Origin: a virus
Taxonomy: Duplodnaviria > Caudoviricetes
IMG/VR virus record: IMGVR_UViG_3300030372_003933
Coordinates: 1-32,720 of that record
Strand: one strand, 5' to 3'
Length of the DNA stretch: 32,720 nt
A program made the position numbers and the translations under genes. The stretch's first letter is position 1; each line of letters opens with the position of its first letter. The notes below the pieces were generated by a model, which saw only the letters and a program-made list of their open reading frames with translations, ran no database searches and was not told the origin of the DNA. This document shows, piece by piece, positions 18,748 to 25,630 of the stretch.

Positions 18748-18952
18748 ATCTTTAAAGTTACGTTTAACTGATGAATTTGATGATGTAAGAAGTAAAGTGA
18801 TGCGTGATCCACGGACCAGGCAAGAATTGTTGGATAGACATAAGTACCATCGTCTTGAAGATATTATAAAGAAGCGTTATGGCACGAATTATTTTTTACG
18901 CATCACGAACCATGGTTGCATTATCATCGATCAAGCAGATGATTTGCGCTAA
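18734..18952 (+). CDS. hypothetical protein, 72 aa
   Basis: Overlapping arrangement with both neighbours. Confidence 0.55.
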   Translation: MEKNRSLKLRLTDEFDDVRSKVMRDPRTRQELLDRHKYHRLEDIIKKRYGTNYFLRITNHGCIIIDQADDLR

Positions 18953-19166
18953 TTGTAAAGGAGAAGGTAATGTTAAGCTCAAATTTGAATGTGAAGAAGC
19001 AAATCAAAAATGCAAAGTTTGTCACGGCAAAGGCAAAATTAAGAAAAATGAATACTATCACCAGTATTGGGACGACGGCGCAGGTAGTCCTTCCTTCTAC
19101 TACGGTCCGCCACTTGACATACAAGGAGATGAAGCGTTTAAAAACTACAAAATTTATCCAAAGTAA
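18939..19166 (+). CDS. DnaJ-type CxxCxGxG zinc-finger protein, about 75 aa
   Basis: CANCKGEG and CKVCHGKG; start re-placed at ATG 18939. Confidence 0.7.
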   Translation: MICANCKGEGNVKLKFECEEANQKCKVCHGKGKIKKNEYYHQYWDDGAGSPSFYYGPPLDIQGDEAFKNYKIYPK

Positions 19167-19233
19167 ACCAGTTTTAAAGTTTAAAGGTGAAATACCTTTT
19201 TAGAGTTGGGATAGAGGTATATTCTGGTGGCTC

Positions 19234-19367
19234 CACACAGGTCATGTTTAATCACGCAGATGGTTCGGGACCTCGAATCTCAAGATCGTTTAACATAACC
19301 CGTTAAACCATTGATGTGTGCAAAAGGGGGAGGTTCACACTAGTTTAATACTAGTGCCCCCTTTTTT
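19234..19367 (+). ncRNA. candidate structured RNA ending in a terminator-like stem
   Basis: CACACA/TGTGTG, GTTTAAC/GTTAAAC, TTCG/CGAA, and AAAAGGGGG..CACTAGT/ACTAGTG-CCCCCTTTTTT in a non-coding gap. Confidence 0.4.
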
Positions 19368-19422
19368 AATAAGTATAGATATTTTTAGCCCTAACTGATT
19401 TTAAAAACTCTTTTACCCCCCT

Positions 19423-19518
19423 GTTACAGCCGTTACAACGTTACATTACTTTAACTTACTGAATTTATTACGTTTTTATGTAACATATTTGTAACAGCAA
19501 ATATTTCTATCTGTTACA
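19423..19518. repeat. GTTACA/TGTAAC iteron cluster, candidate replication origin
   Basis: GTTACA at 19423, 19432, 19440, 19513; TGTAAC at 19479, 19490; AT-rich non-coding context. Confidence 0.6.
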
Positions 19519-19614
19519 CTATTGGGATATTTTAAGCCCTACTTAGAATTTATAAAGATAGTAGGGTAAAATATAACTATACCTTTTAAAAAAAATACAT
19601 ATAATTAGGATATT

Positions 19615-20088
19615 ATGCCAAAAATAAGAGATGGTTTAAGTCCTAAACAAAAAGCATTTGTTGAGATCTTTTGTGCAGAAAATGGTAGATTAACGCCTAC
19701 TGAATGTGCAAAACAAGCCGGATATTCAGAAAAAAGTGCAACCGCAGCAGCTTGTAATCTTCGTAATCCTAAATATTACCCCAAAGTAGTTCAAGCAATT
19801 GAAAATTTACAGAGGGAATATGCAGAAGCCACAAAAGTAGATGTTGTAAGGCACTCAAGAGAATTGGCTAGGTTAAGAGAAAAAGCTGTAGAAAATGGAC
19901 AGATTGGTCCTGCTGTTGTTGCTGAATATAGAAGAGGTCAATTAGCGGGTTTTTATGTTGATAGAAAAGAGGTAGTCACCGCATCTCTTGACAACATGAC
20001 CAGGAAAGAACTTGAATCAAAGTTAAAAGAGATACGGGACAATAATATTGTTAATGCCGAATATGAACTCATAGAAGAAGTAAAATAG
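19615..20088 (+). CDS. terS: terminase small subunit
   Basis: LSPKQKAFV...A.QAGYSEKSA...A..L..P.V...I helix-turn-helix pattern typical of TerS, followed by helical oligomerisation segments. Confidence 0.8.
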   Translation: MPKIRDGLSPKQKAFVEIFCAENGRLTPTECAKQAGYSEKSATAAACNLRNPKYYPKVVQAIENLQREYAEATKVDVVRHSRELARLREKAVENGQIGPAVVAEYRRGQLAGFYVDRKEVVTASLDNMTRKELESKLKEIRDNNIVNAEYELIEEVK

Positions 20089-20140
20089 TCATTATTAAAA
20101 AGTATAATAAAATTTTCCAACACATTAATAAAATTAACAT
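20069..20140 (-). CDS. 23-aa hydrophobic peptide (MLILLMCWKILLYFLIMTILLLL); not in ORF track
   Basis: AGAAAGGAATTAA RBS directly upstream; ATG follows the previous stop. Confidence 0.4.
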   Translation of the reverse strand: MLILLMCWKILLYFLIMTILLLL

Positions 20141-20401
20141 TTAATTCCTTTCTTCTGGTATTTTATTTAAATATTCATCATCACCATGACTACCCCAATA
20201 ATTTGATGCATTAAATTCATCAAAAGATATTTGAAAAGGATAATTTTTAACAAAGGGTTCAAATTCATTTATTTTCTTTTCATTAAATTGTTCATAATCA
20301 ATAATATGTTCTTGAATTTGAAAAATTTCTTTATTAATTTTATCAATTGATTTCAAAATTTTAATTTCTAAATCTTTATAAAAAATTTCTTTTTCTATCA
20401 T
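20141..20401 (-). CDS. hypothetical protein, 86 aa
   Basis: Coupled (ATGA) member of the leftward small-gene operon. Confidence 0.65.
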   Translation of the reverse strand: MIEKEIFYKDLEIKILKSIDKINKEIFQIQEHIIDYEQFNEKKINEFEPFVKNYPFQISFDEFNASNYWGSHGDDEYLNKIPEERN

Positions 20402-20610
20402 CTGTCCAACTCCTTCACATTTATTGTCAATTCAACTTTCCTGTCAGCCCATTCACCGTTAACAGATTCATTCCATTGTTCTAATAAAGGCAGTAAATTT
20501 TTAAAACTTATATCTTCACCATTAAGACAAGCTAATAATTGACCTTTTTTACTTTTACCATTAGTCCACCTTGTACCAATGTTATTAACTACGTATTTAT
20601 CTATATGCAT
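20398..20610 (-). CDS. hypothetical protein, about 70 aa (MHIDKYVVN...)
   Basis: GAGGAG RBS upstream of ATG 20610. Confidence 0.7.
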   Translation of the reverse strand: MHIDKYVVNNIGTRWTNGKSKKGQLLACLNGEDISFKNLLPLLEQWNESVNGEWADRKVELTINVKELDR

Positions 20611-20611
20611 A

Positions 20612-20758
20612 TTATTTCTCCTCTCCATCAAACGCCATATCTATTTCTACTCTTGCCCATTCATCATCTATCTCTAAAAACAAGATGTCATATTTTTCTA
20701 TAAACGGACAAGCACTCATGTACTCATCTATAAGTTTTCTCTTTTCTTCTAAATTCAT
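20612..20758 (-). CDS. acidic hypothetical protein, 48 aa (MNLEEKRKLIDEYMSACPF...); not in ORF track
   Basis: GGAGGAG RBS, ATGA overlap, fills the gap exactly. Confidence 0.7.
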   Translation of the reverse strand: MNLEEKRKLIDEYMSACPFIEKYDILFLEIDDEWARVEIDMAFDGEEK

Positions 20759-20946
20759 TTTTCTCCTCCCACATAATGAAGTTCTTCCTGGTATATTTCA
20801 ATAATGTCGTTTGTATAATCTGGATTGTTTTCATCTACATCTTTACCAGCCATGCAGATATCAACTGCTTCTTCCTTATTTTTTGCTTCAACATTTTTCC
20901 AAATATCTTGCATTTTGTAAGTTTGTATTATTGTAAATTTTGGCAT
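20755..20946 (-). CDS. hypothetical protein, 63 aa (VEAKNKEEA motif)
   Basis: AGAAAGGA RBS; V-E-A-x-x-x-E-E-A motif common in small early phage proteins. Confidence 0.7.
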   Translation of the reverse strand: MPKFTIIQTYKMQDIWKNVEAKNKEEAVDICMAGKDVDENNPDYTNDIIEIYQEELHYVGGEK

Positions 20947-20947
20947 A

Positions 20948-21130
20948 TTATTTTCCTTTCTCTATTTCCATCACTACTTTGTAATCCCACTCTTCTTGAT
21001 CATCATCAAAATAGTAATCCAATTTAAGATTATGCTTTTTCAACATATCATTAATTTCTTCCATAAATAATTCAGCAGTTTCGTATGTGGGTGTATTATA
21101 CGCCCAAGCTACATAATTTTGTTTACTCAT
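20948..21130 (-). CDS. acidic hypothetical protein, 60 aa
   Basis: Coupled in the operon. Confidence 0.65.
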   Translation of the reverse strand: MSKQNYVAWAYNTPTYETAELFMEEINDMLKKHNLKLDYYFDDDQEEWDYKVVMEIEKGK

Positions 21131-21288
21131 TTCATACCTAACCTTTGAAAATTATCTTCTCCTTTGACAAATGTTTTCCTGTCATTAGCTAACCAACCAA
21201 TAACACCATAATACTGTCTTTGTTCTATTTGTAACCAAATTAAAGTTGGTTTTGGTTTTTTAAAAAATCTCAATATCTTTTTAATCAT
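21127..21288 (-). CDS. basic hypothetical protein, about 53 aa
   Basis: GAGGT RBS before ATG 21288. Confidence 0.6.
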   Translation of the reverse strand: MIKKILRFFKKPKPTLIWLQIEQRQYYGVIGWLANDRKTFVKGEDNFQRLGMK

Positions 21289-21478
21289 TTTTGACCTCAC
21301 TTTCATTATGATCATATTCTAAAAAATTGTCTATCATATCAGCAAGAATACCAAATTCATCTTCTGGTGATTTATCAGACCAATCTTCAATTTTTCTATT
21401 TGTTTTACAAATACCACTCAATACTTGTAAAAATTGTTTAGCTGTCATAAGCATATTCTCTTTTTCATTACTCATCAT
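21281..21478 (-). CDS. hypothetical protein, about 65 aa
   Basis: Start at MMSNEK right after the upstream stop; GAGGG upstream. Confidence 0.6.
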   Translation of the reverse strand: MMSNEKENMLMTAKQFLQVLSGICKTNRKIEDWSDKSPEDEFGILADMIDNFLEYDHNESEVKND

Positions 21479-21479
21479 A

Positions 21480-21650
21480 TTACCATTTTCCCTCTTCAAT
21501 TGTTGGACAGATACACAACTCTTTTTTGTTAACGTCATCAGTGCTTAAAATACAGCCCCAATGATTGTCGTCCATTATTTCATTCCAAAAAACAATTTCT
21601 AGTTCTTGGTTTTCTTGTTGTAACAATTTAACAAATTCTTTTACTTTCAT
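21480..21650 (-). CDS. hypothetical protein, 56 aa (MKVKEFVKLLQ...); not in ORF track
   Basis: AGAGGT RBS; MKVKE.I..L N-terminus common in small phage proteins; first gene of the leftward operon. Confidence 0.7.
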   Translation of the reverse strand: MKVKEFVKLLQQENQELEIVFWNEIMDDNHWGCILSTDDVNKKELCICPTIEEGKW

Positions 21651-21753
21651 TATTACCTCTTCTTTCTTTTGTGATACTGACCTCCCTTTTTAAAGCACTT
21701 ATCGGAACGCTAGTCGGTGTCGGTTTTATACACTTTCACAGTATCACAATAGT

Positions 21754-21782
21754 TATATAATATTAAATGGGATTAAATGCAA
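21754..21782 (-). promoter_or_regulatory. leftward promoter with ATCCCAT box in the spacer
   Basis: Minus strand TTGCAT-TTAATCCCATTTAATAT-TATATA(ACT). Confidence 0.5.
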
Positions 21783-21790
21783 GAATATAC

Positions 21791-21820
21791 TTGTATTATT
21801 TTTTTTAATGCATATATGCT
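21791..21820 (+). promoter_or_regulatory. rightward sigma70-like promoter, back-to-back with the leftward one
   Basis: TTGTAT-N18-TATGCT. Confidence 0.55.
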
Positions 21821-21822
21821 TT

Positions 21823-21954
21823 TTAAGGTTAAAAGAGCAATCCTTTAAGTAGGAAATATAAAATCTCTAACCTTAACTAGAAAGACCAATGAGCAGGTTT
21901 TATGTACACTTTCTAGTTTAAAAGGGTAGTCGTTAAATCCTTTTCGACTACCCT
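21823..21954 (+). ncRNA. three-hairpin 5' leader or small RNA
   Basis: Stems TTAAGGTTA/TAACCTTAA, AACTAGAAAG/CTTTCTAGTT, AGGGTAGTCG/CGACTACCCT. Confidence 0.55.
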
Positions 21955-21968
21955 GTAGGAGTAAATAT

Positions 21969-22259
21969 ATGAAAAAATTTAAACAACCTTATATTAAAGA
22001 TAATTTTTATACAAGTTCATATTATGGTTCTAGAGGTAAAAGAGAAATTAGAGTATCAAAAGACCCTTATGTGTATTTTACTGTTAAATTAAGAAATCAC
22101 TTGTCTTGTCTTGGTAAATGGCATTTAAGAAATAAAATTGACCATAATAAAAATACAGAAATAATGAAAGCTGTTAAAAACTTTTATGAAACAATAAAAG
22201 ATAAAAATATAAATGATTGGGATTTTGACAATTTAGTTCTTGACTTAGATAATTTATAA
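21969..22259 (+). CDS. basic hypothetical protein, 96 aa
   Basis: AGGAG RBS. Confidence 0.7.
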   Translation: MKKFKQPYIKDNFYTSSYYGSRGKREIRVSKDPYVYFTVKLRNHLSCLGKWHLRNKIDHNKNTEIMKAVKNFYETIKDKNINDWDFDNLVLDLDNL

Positions 22260-22314
22260 CTATATGGGATAATATATTATTTAATTATGAATAATATTAA
22301 GAAAGGATAAAATT

Positions 22315-22890
22315 ATGCAATTAAGACAATATCAAATAGATCATTATAGAGGTAAAATATATTCAATAATTGATCCAATTAAAAAAATTAGACAAATGGA
22401 ATTACAATCCAAAAGAGAAGAGGTTAGTGATGTAGTTGCTAAAAAAGTAAGATCAGCACTAAAAATTGACTCTTACAAATCATACTTTGAAAGCATTGAT
22501 AAACAGGTTATCAAACTTTCAGAAGATTATGAAAAAGCAAAAAATAGATTGAATGAAGAAAGGATTGAAAAAACACAAAAACTTGTTGAAATTTTTAAAA
22601 AACAAGGTTGTGAAAGTTATCATTTACCCGATAGAAGAGAAACTTTTGACAATTCAAAAATTGAAGATTGTTTAAGATCAATCGTAAATGAAATGACTGA
22701 ACAAAAATGCAAAACTATGAAAGAATTTAAAGAATTAAATAAATTAGATCATATAAAAGATTGTATGTTTGACGCTTTGTTTGAGGAGGGTAGCTCTAAA
22801 GATATGTTAAACCGATTAGATGCTATTATGAAAGGCACATTAGGAGTTGGTTTTAAGCGTGAAGAAGCGTTACTATTAACTGAAAAATAA
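22315..22890 (+). CDS. helical/coiled-coil hypothetical protein, 191 aa
   Basis: Repeat RBS upstream. Confidence 0.75.
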   Translation: MQLRQYQIDHYRGKIYSIIDPIKKIRQMELQSKREEVSDVVAKKVRSALKIDSYKSYFESIDKQVIKLSEDYEKAKNRLNEERIEKTQKLVEIFKKQGCESYHLPDRRETFDNSKIEDCLRSIVNEMTEQKCKTMKEFKELNKLDHIKDCMFDALFEEGSSKDMLNRLDAIMKGTLGVGFKREEALLLTEK

Positions 22891-22903
22891 TTACATAATT
22901 ATA

Positions 22904-22932
22904 TTGACTATCTCATATTTATGGGATAGTCT
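22904..22932 (+). promoter_or_regulatory. sigma70 promoter overlapped by a palindromic operator
   Basis: TTGACT-N17-TAGTCT; palindrome GACTATCTCATA-TT-TATGGGATAGTC (22906-22931, one mismatch). Confidence 0.75.
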
Positions 22933-22958
22933 TTCACGTGAAATAGAAAGGATAAATT

Positions 22959-23189
22959 ATGTTAAAAAATATACAGGTTTTAAATTTTTTTGAAGTAAAA
23001 ATAAAAACTTACGATCAAGATGGTAAACCTATGAAAAAACTTGCTCAGGACGATATTCAAACTGTCTTAATGAGAGTTGAAGATGAATTAAGAGAAAATG
23101 CAAAAGTTGATTTTCAATGTGAAACGCAAGACTTTGTTATAGATTTTGAAAACAAGACTGTAACTGAGGGAAAATTAGAGAAAGGATAA
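22959..23189 (+). CDS. hypothetical protein, 76 aa
   Basis: Repeat RBS upstream. Confidence 0.75.
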   Translation: MLKNIQVLNFFEVKIKTYDQDGKPMKKLAQDDIQTVLMRVEDELRENAKVDFQCETQDFVIDFENKTVTEGKLEKG

Positions 23190-23190
23190 A

Positions 23191-23427
23191 ATGAAGAATT
23201 GGTTTAAATCTTTGTCAATTGAAGAGTTAAAAACTTGGATAGAAAATTTTTCTAGTCATAAATTGTTAAGGTCTTTTTTAGACAATCAACCTAGCGATCA
23301 AGATTTAGAAGAAGCTAAACAAGTATTACAAGATAAAATTGATCTAGCTATAATGCTAGATCAAGAAGATAGAAAACTATTAGAAGATCATGAAATATGG
23401 TTAGATATGGTAAATAAGAAAGGATAA
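23191..23427 (+). CDS. hypothetical protein, 78 aa
   Basis: Repeat RBS upstream. Confidence 0.75.
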   Translation: MKNWFKSLSIEELKTWIENFSSHKLLRSFLDNQPSDQDLEEAKQVLQDKIDLAIMLDQEDRKLLEDHEIWLDMVNKKG

Positions 23428-23430
23428 AAA

Positions 23431-23649
23431 ATGAATATAAATTTTAATTATAAAGTATCAGTTGAAATTTGGTCAGAATATACATCGGAACAAATTGAAT
23501 TAGTACAAGGTAATTTTTCAGAAGAACTGAAAAAGCAATTAAAAAAGGAGATAATAGACAATATTAATAAGTCTAATTTAATTCATACAAATTTAAAAGA
23601 TGAAGAATTAGAATATGAAATTAATCATAAAATATTTGAAAAAGTTTAA
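23431..23649 (+). CDS. hypothetical protein, 72 aa
   Basis: Repeat RBS upstream. Confidence 0.75.
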   Translation: MNINFNYKVSVEIWSEYTSEQIELVQGNFSEELKKQLKKEIIDNINKSNLIHTNLKDEELEYEINHKIFEKV

Positions 23650-23662
23650 GAAAGGATAAAAA

Positions 23663-23860
23663 ATGATTAAAGTTAAAAATGCTTTTGAAAATGCAATTAA
23701 TAAAGAAGCCATTGATAAAATGGATTTAAGAACTTTAAATTTTGTTAATGATTTATTAGATGGTAAATTAACAAAAAAGCAAAAAGATATTGAAATTAAT
23801 AGAATTAAAAAATTAGCAACAATTGGAGAAAGGATTAAAGCAAAAAATGAAAGATATTAA
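23663..23860 (+). CDS. hypothetical protein, 65 aa
   Basis: Repeat RBS upstream. Confidence 0.75.
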   Translation: MIKVKNAFENAINKEAIDKMDLRTLNFVNDLLDGKLTKKQKDIEINRIKKLATIGERIKAKNERY

Positions 23861-24011
23861 CTACATGGAATTTGACGATTTATTATTTAATTCTTTGATT
23901 GATTATTTTAATTTAGATTTTGAAGATGAAGAAAATTTAAAAAAATATAAAGAATTTAGAAATAATTTAGTAGACCTTATCGATGAAATTATAATTAATA
24001 GTGGAAGCTAA
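23847..24011 (+). CDS. acidic hypothetical protein, 54 aa
   Basis: Variant RBS AGAAAGGATTAA at 23827 supports ATG 23847 over the track's 23823. Confidence 0.65.
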   Translation: MKDINYMEFDDLLFNSLIDYFNLDFEDEENLKKYKEFRNNLVDLIDEIIINSGS

Positions 24012-24372
24012 ATTTTATCAAGAAATTAAAAAAAACTTGTCCAATGTTTATTTTGAAAGGATAGAAAATAGGATTGGACAAGGTACGCCCGACCTCACAG
24101 CCGTTTATAATAAAAAAGAAATTTGGATAGAATTAAAATGTATAAAACTAAATAAAGTTTATTTATCTTCTTTTCAAATTGCCTGGCATTATAAAAGGTA
24201 TTTACTAGGAATTCAGACTTTTATCATAGTTAAAAGGGTCAAAGACGGGCTTATAAAAGTATATGATAACGAAAAAACGCTAAAATTAGCCAAAAACGGC
24301 TTCAAATGTCCGTGTTTCATGGTTCTTGAACCTCGAACCAAGCACCAAGAATTACTAAAATTGTTTGATTAA
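24001..24372 (+). CDS. VRR-NUC-like PD-(D/E)XK nuclease (resolvase-like)
   Basis: RIEN...GTPDL...WIELK...LSSFQIAW; GTG start. Confidence 0.8.
   Translation: MEAKFYQEIKKNLSNVYFERIENRIGQGTPDLTAVYNKKEIWIELKCIKLNKVYLSSFQIAWHYKRYLLGIQTFIIVKRVKDGLIKVYDNEKTLKLAKNGFKCPCFMVLEPRTKHQELLKLFD
24311..24349. repeat. six tandem 7-bp units CNNG-NNN
   Basis: CGTG ttt CATG gtt CTTG aac CTCG aac CAAG cac CAAG. Confidence 0.7.
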
Positions 24373-24393
24373 TTTTATAATATGGGATAAAGT
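24365..24393 (+). promoter_or_regulatory. sigma70 promoter with ATGGGA immediately 5' of the -10
   Basis: TTGATT-N17-TAAAGT; ATGGGATA at 24382-24389. Confidence 0.7.
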
Positions 24394-24420
24394 GGGCTAT
24401 TAATTAGAAAGGATAAAATT

Positions 24421-24735
24421 ATGTCTTATTCATATCCAATATGGAATAATGTGGAAGCGTGTATTTATGGTAGTTCAAAAAGTTGGGGTGCTAGAAATAC
24501 TTGTAACGTAAATGTAAATGTTGGTTCAAGTGCCAAGTATTCAAATCACTTTGTAAACCACACAACAACAAAAAGAGAAATAGAAAAGGACTTATTTGAA
24601 TTTAGGTTTTACGTTGATAACAGAATAATTAAACGTGCTTTATTCGATAAGAAAAATAAAACTTTTAATTTTTTGGAGCGTGAACCGATGACCACGAATC
24701 AAGAACCAAACCCACAACAACTTGAATTATTTTAG
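24421..24735 (+). CDS. hypothetical protein, 104 aa, ending QQLELF
   Basis: Repeat RBS upstream; C-terminal QLxLF motif. Confidence 0.75.
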   Translation: MSYSYPIWNNVEACIYGSSKSWGARNTCNVNVNVGSSAKYSNHFVNHTTTKREIEKDLFEFRFYVDNRIIKRALFDKKNKTFNFLEREPMTTNQEPNPQQLELF

Positions 24736-24750
24736 AAAGGATAAATAAAA

Positions 24751-25071
24751 ATGATTAGTGAAAAAGAAGAGTTTATCACTGAAACAATAATTAAAAAACA
24801 TTTAGACAATTTTGATGAAAATCCTAAAAATGTTTTAGATTATTGCATTAGTGCTTATGGAATAAGTAAACCAATTCAAGATGATTTAGGTATACTCATT
24901 CAAGATATTAACGATCAAGATCATGAATATTTTAAATTTTGGGATAAAGAAGAAATAAAAAAAGTTTCAATTTTATTAGATTTTATAAGAAATGGTGAAG
25001 CTAGAAAAAATGCAGAACAATTTAAAAATATAGCAAATTTAATAAATGACCATAAGAAAGGAAAAATATAA
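24751..25071 (+). CDS. hypothetical protein, 106 aa
   Basis: Repeat RBS upstream. Confidence 0.75.
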   Translation: MISEKEEFITETIIKKHLDNFDENPKNVLDYCISAYGISKPIQDDLGILIQDINDQDHEYFKFWDKEEIKKVSILLDFIRNGEARKNAEQFKNIANLINDHKKGKI

Positions 25072-25428
25072 ATGCCTCAATATGTTAATTATGAAAATAT
25101 AAAGAACTGGGAAAAAGTTTGTTATATTAATGATAAATTAAATCCTGTTACTAATTATTTAAGAATGGTTACAATGTCTATTGGCTTACATTCTATCACT
25201 CAAGACAATTACAAAGATTTTTATTGTAGAATGAAATTTCAACAAACTTTAAGCGAATTTAGAGAATATTTTGAAAAAGAATTTATAATAACTCTTGACC
25301 ATGTAAAAGAGCATATTGGTTTGGAGGTTCAACAATCTAGATCATGGATGACTCAAGAAACAACAAAAGGTTATGTTTTTAGAATGTGGAAATTGTACAG
25401 AGAAAGACTTGAAAACGAACAGAAATAA
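25072..25428 (+). CDS. conserved phage hypothetical protein, 118 aa (TM.IGL..IT..NY..FY.R...HIGL)
   Basis: Variant RBS; motif pattern recurrent in early phage genes. Confidence 0.75.
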   Translation: MPQYVNYENIKNWEKVCYINDKLNPVTNYLRMVTMSIGLHSITQDNYKDFYCRMKFQQTLSEFREYFEKEFIITLDHVKEHIGLEVQQSRSWMTQETTKGYVFRMWKLYRERLENEQK

Positions 25429-25468
25429 TATAAGATTAATCCCATATTAATAGAAAGGATAAATAAAC

Positions 25469-25618
25469 ATGAACCAAGAACCAAAAACAAACTTACAATT
25501 AATTAACGAAGCACTTAATTTAATTAGTGCTAAATTTAAACAGCATAACGATGCTATTATATTATTACAAAAAACTATCTTACAATTAAAAGCAGAAATA
25601 AAAGAATTAAAAAAATAA
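25469..25618 (+). CDS. coiled-coil protein, 49 aa; not in ORF track
   Basis: Exact repeat RBS at 25452; upstream TTGAAA-N16-TAAGAT and ATCCCAT box. Confidence 0.7.
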   Translation: MNQEPKTNLQLINEALNLISAKFKQHNDAIILLQKTILQLKAEIKELKK

Positions 25619-25630
25619 AGCATCTTTATT

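Larger units (their letters stand above)
22300..25463 (+). repeat. dispersed RBS repeat AGAAAGGATAAA (8 exact copies, 2 variants)
   Basis: Exact at 22300, 22945, 23179, 23417, 23649, 24406, 24734, 25452; variants at 23827 and 25055; each directly precedes an ATG. Confidence 0.9.

Noticed and set aside
18970-19203. 77-aa ORF, or a 24-aa peptide from ATG 19129 ending KGEIPF
   Set aside because: It overlaps the DnaJ-finger gene and its AGGAG abuts the ATG with no spacer. The IPF ending is suggestive but not enough support.
19234-19367. tRNA or hammerhead ribozyme in the structured gap
   Set aside because: GGTTCG is present but there is no cloverleaf, and no CUGANGA/GAAA core was found.
22300-25463. 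AGAAAGGATAAA repeats read as a CRISPR array or integron attC sites
   Set aside because: The repeats are 12 bp, non-palindromic and separated by whole genes of variable length; no cas or integrase gene is present.
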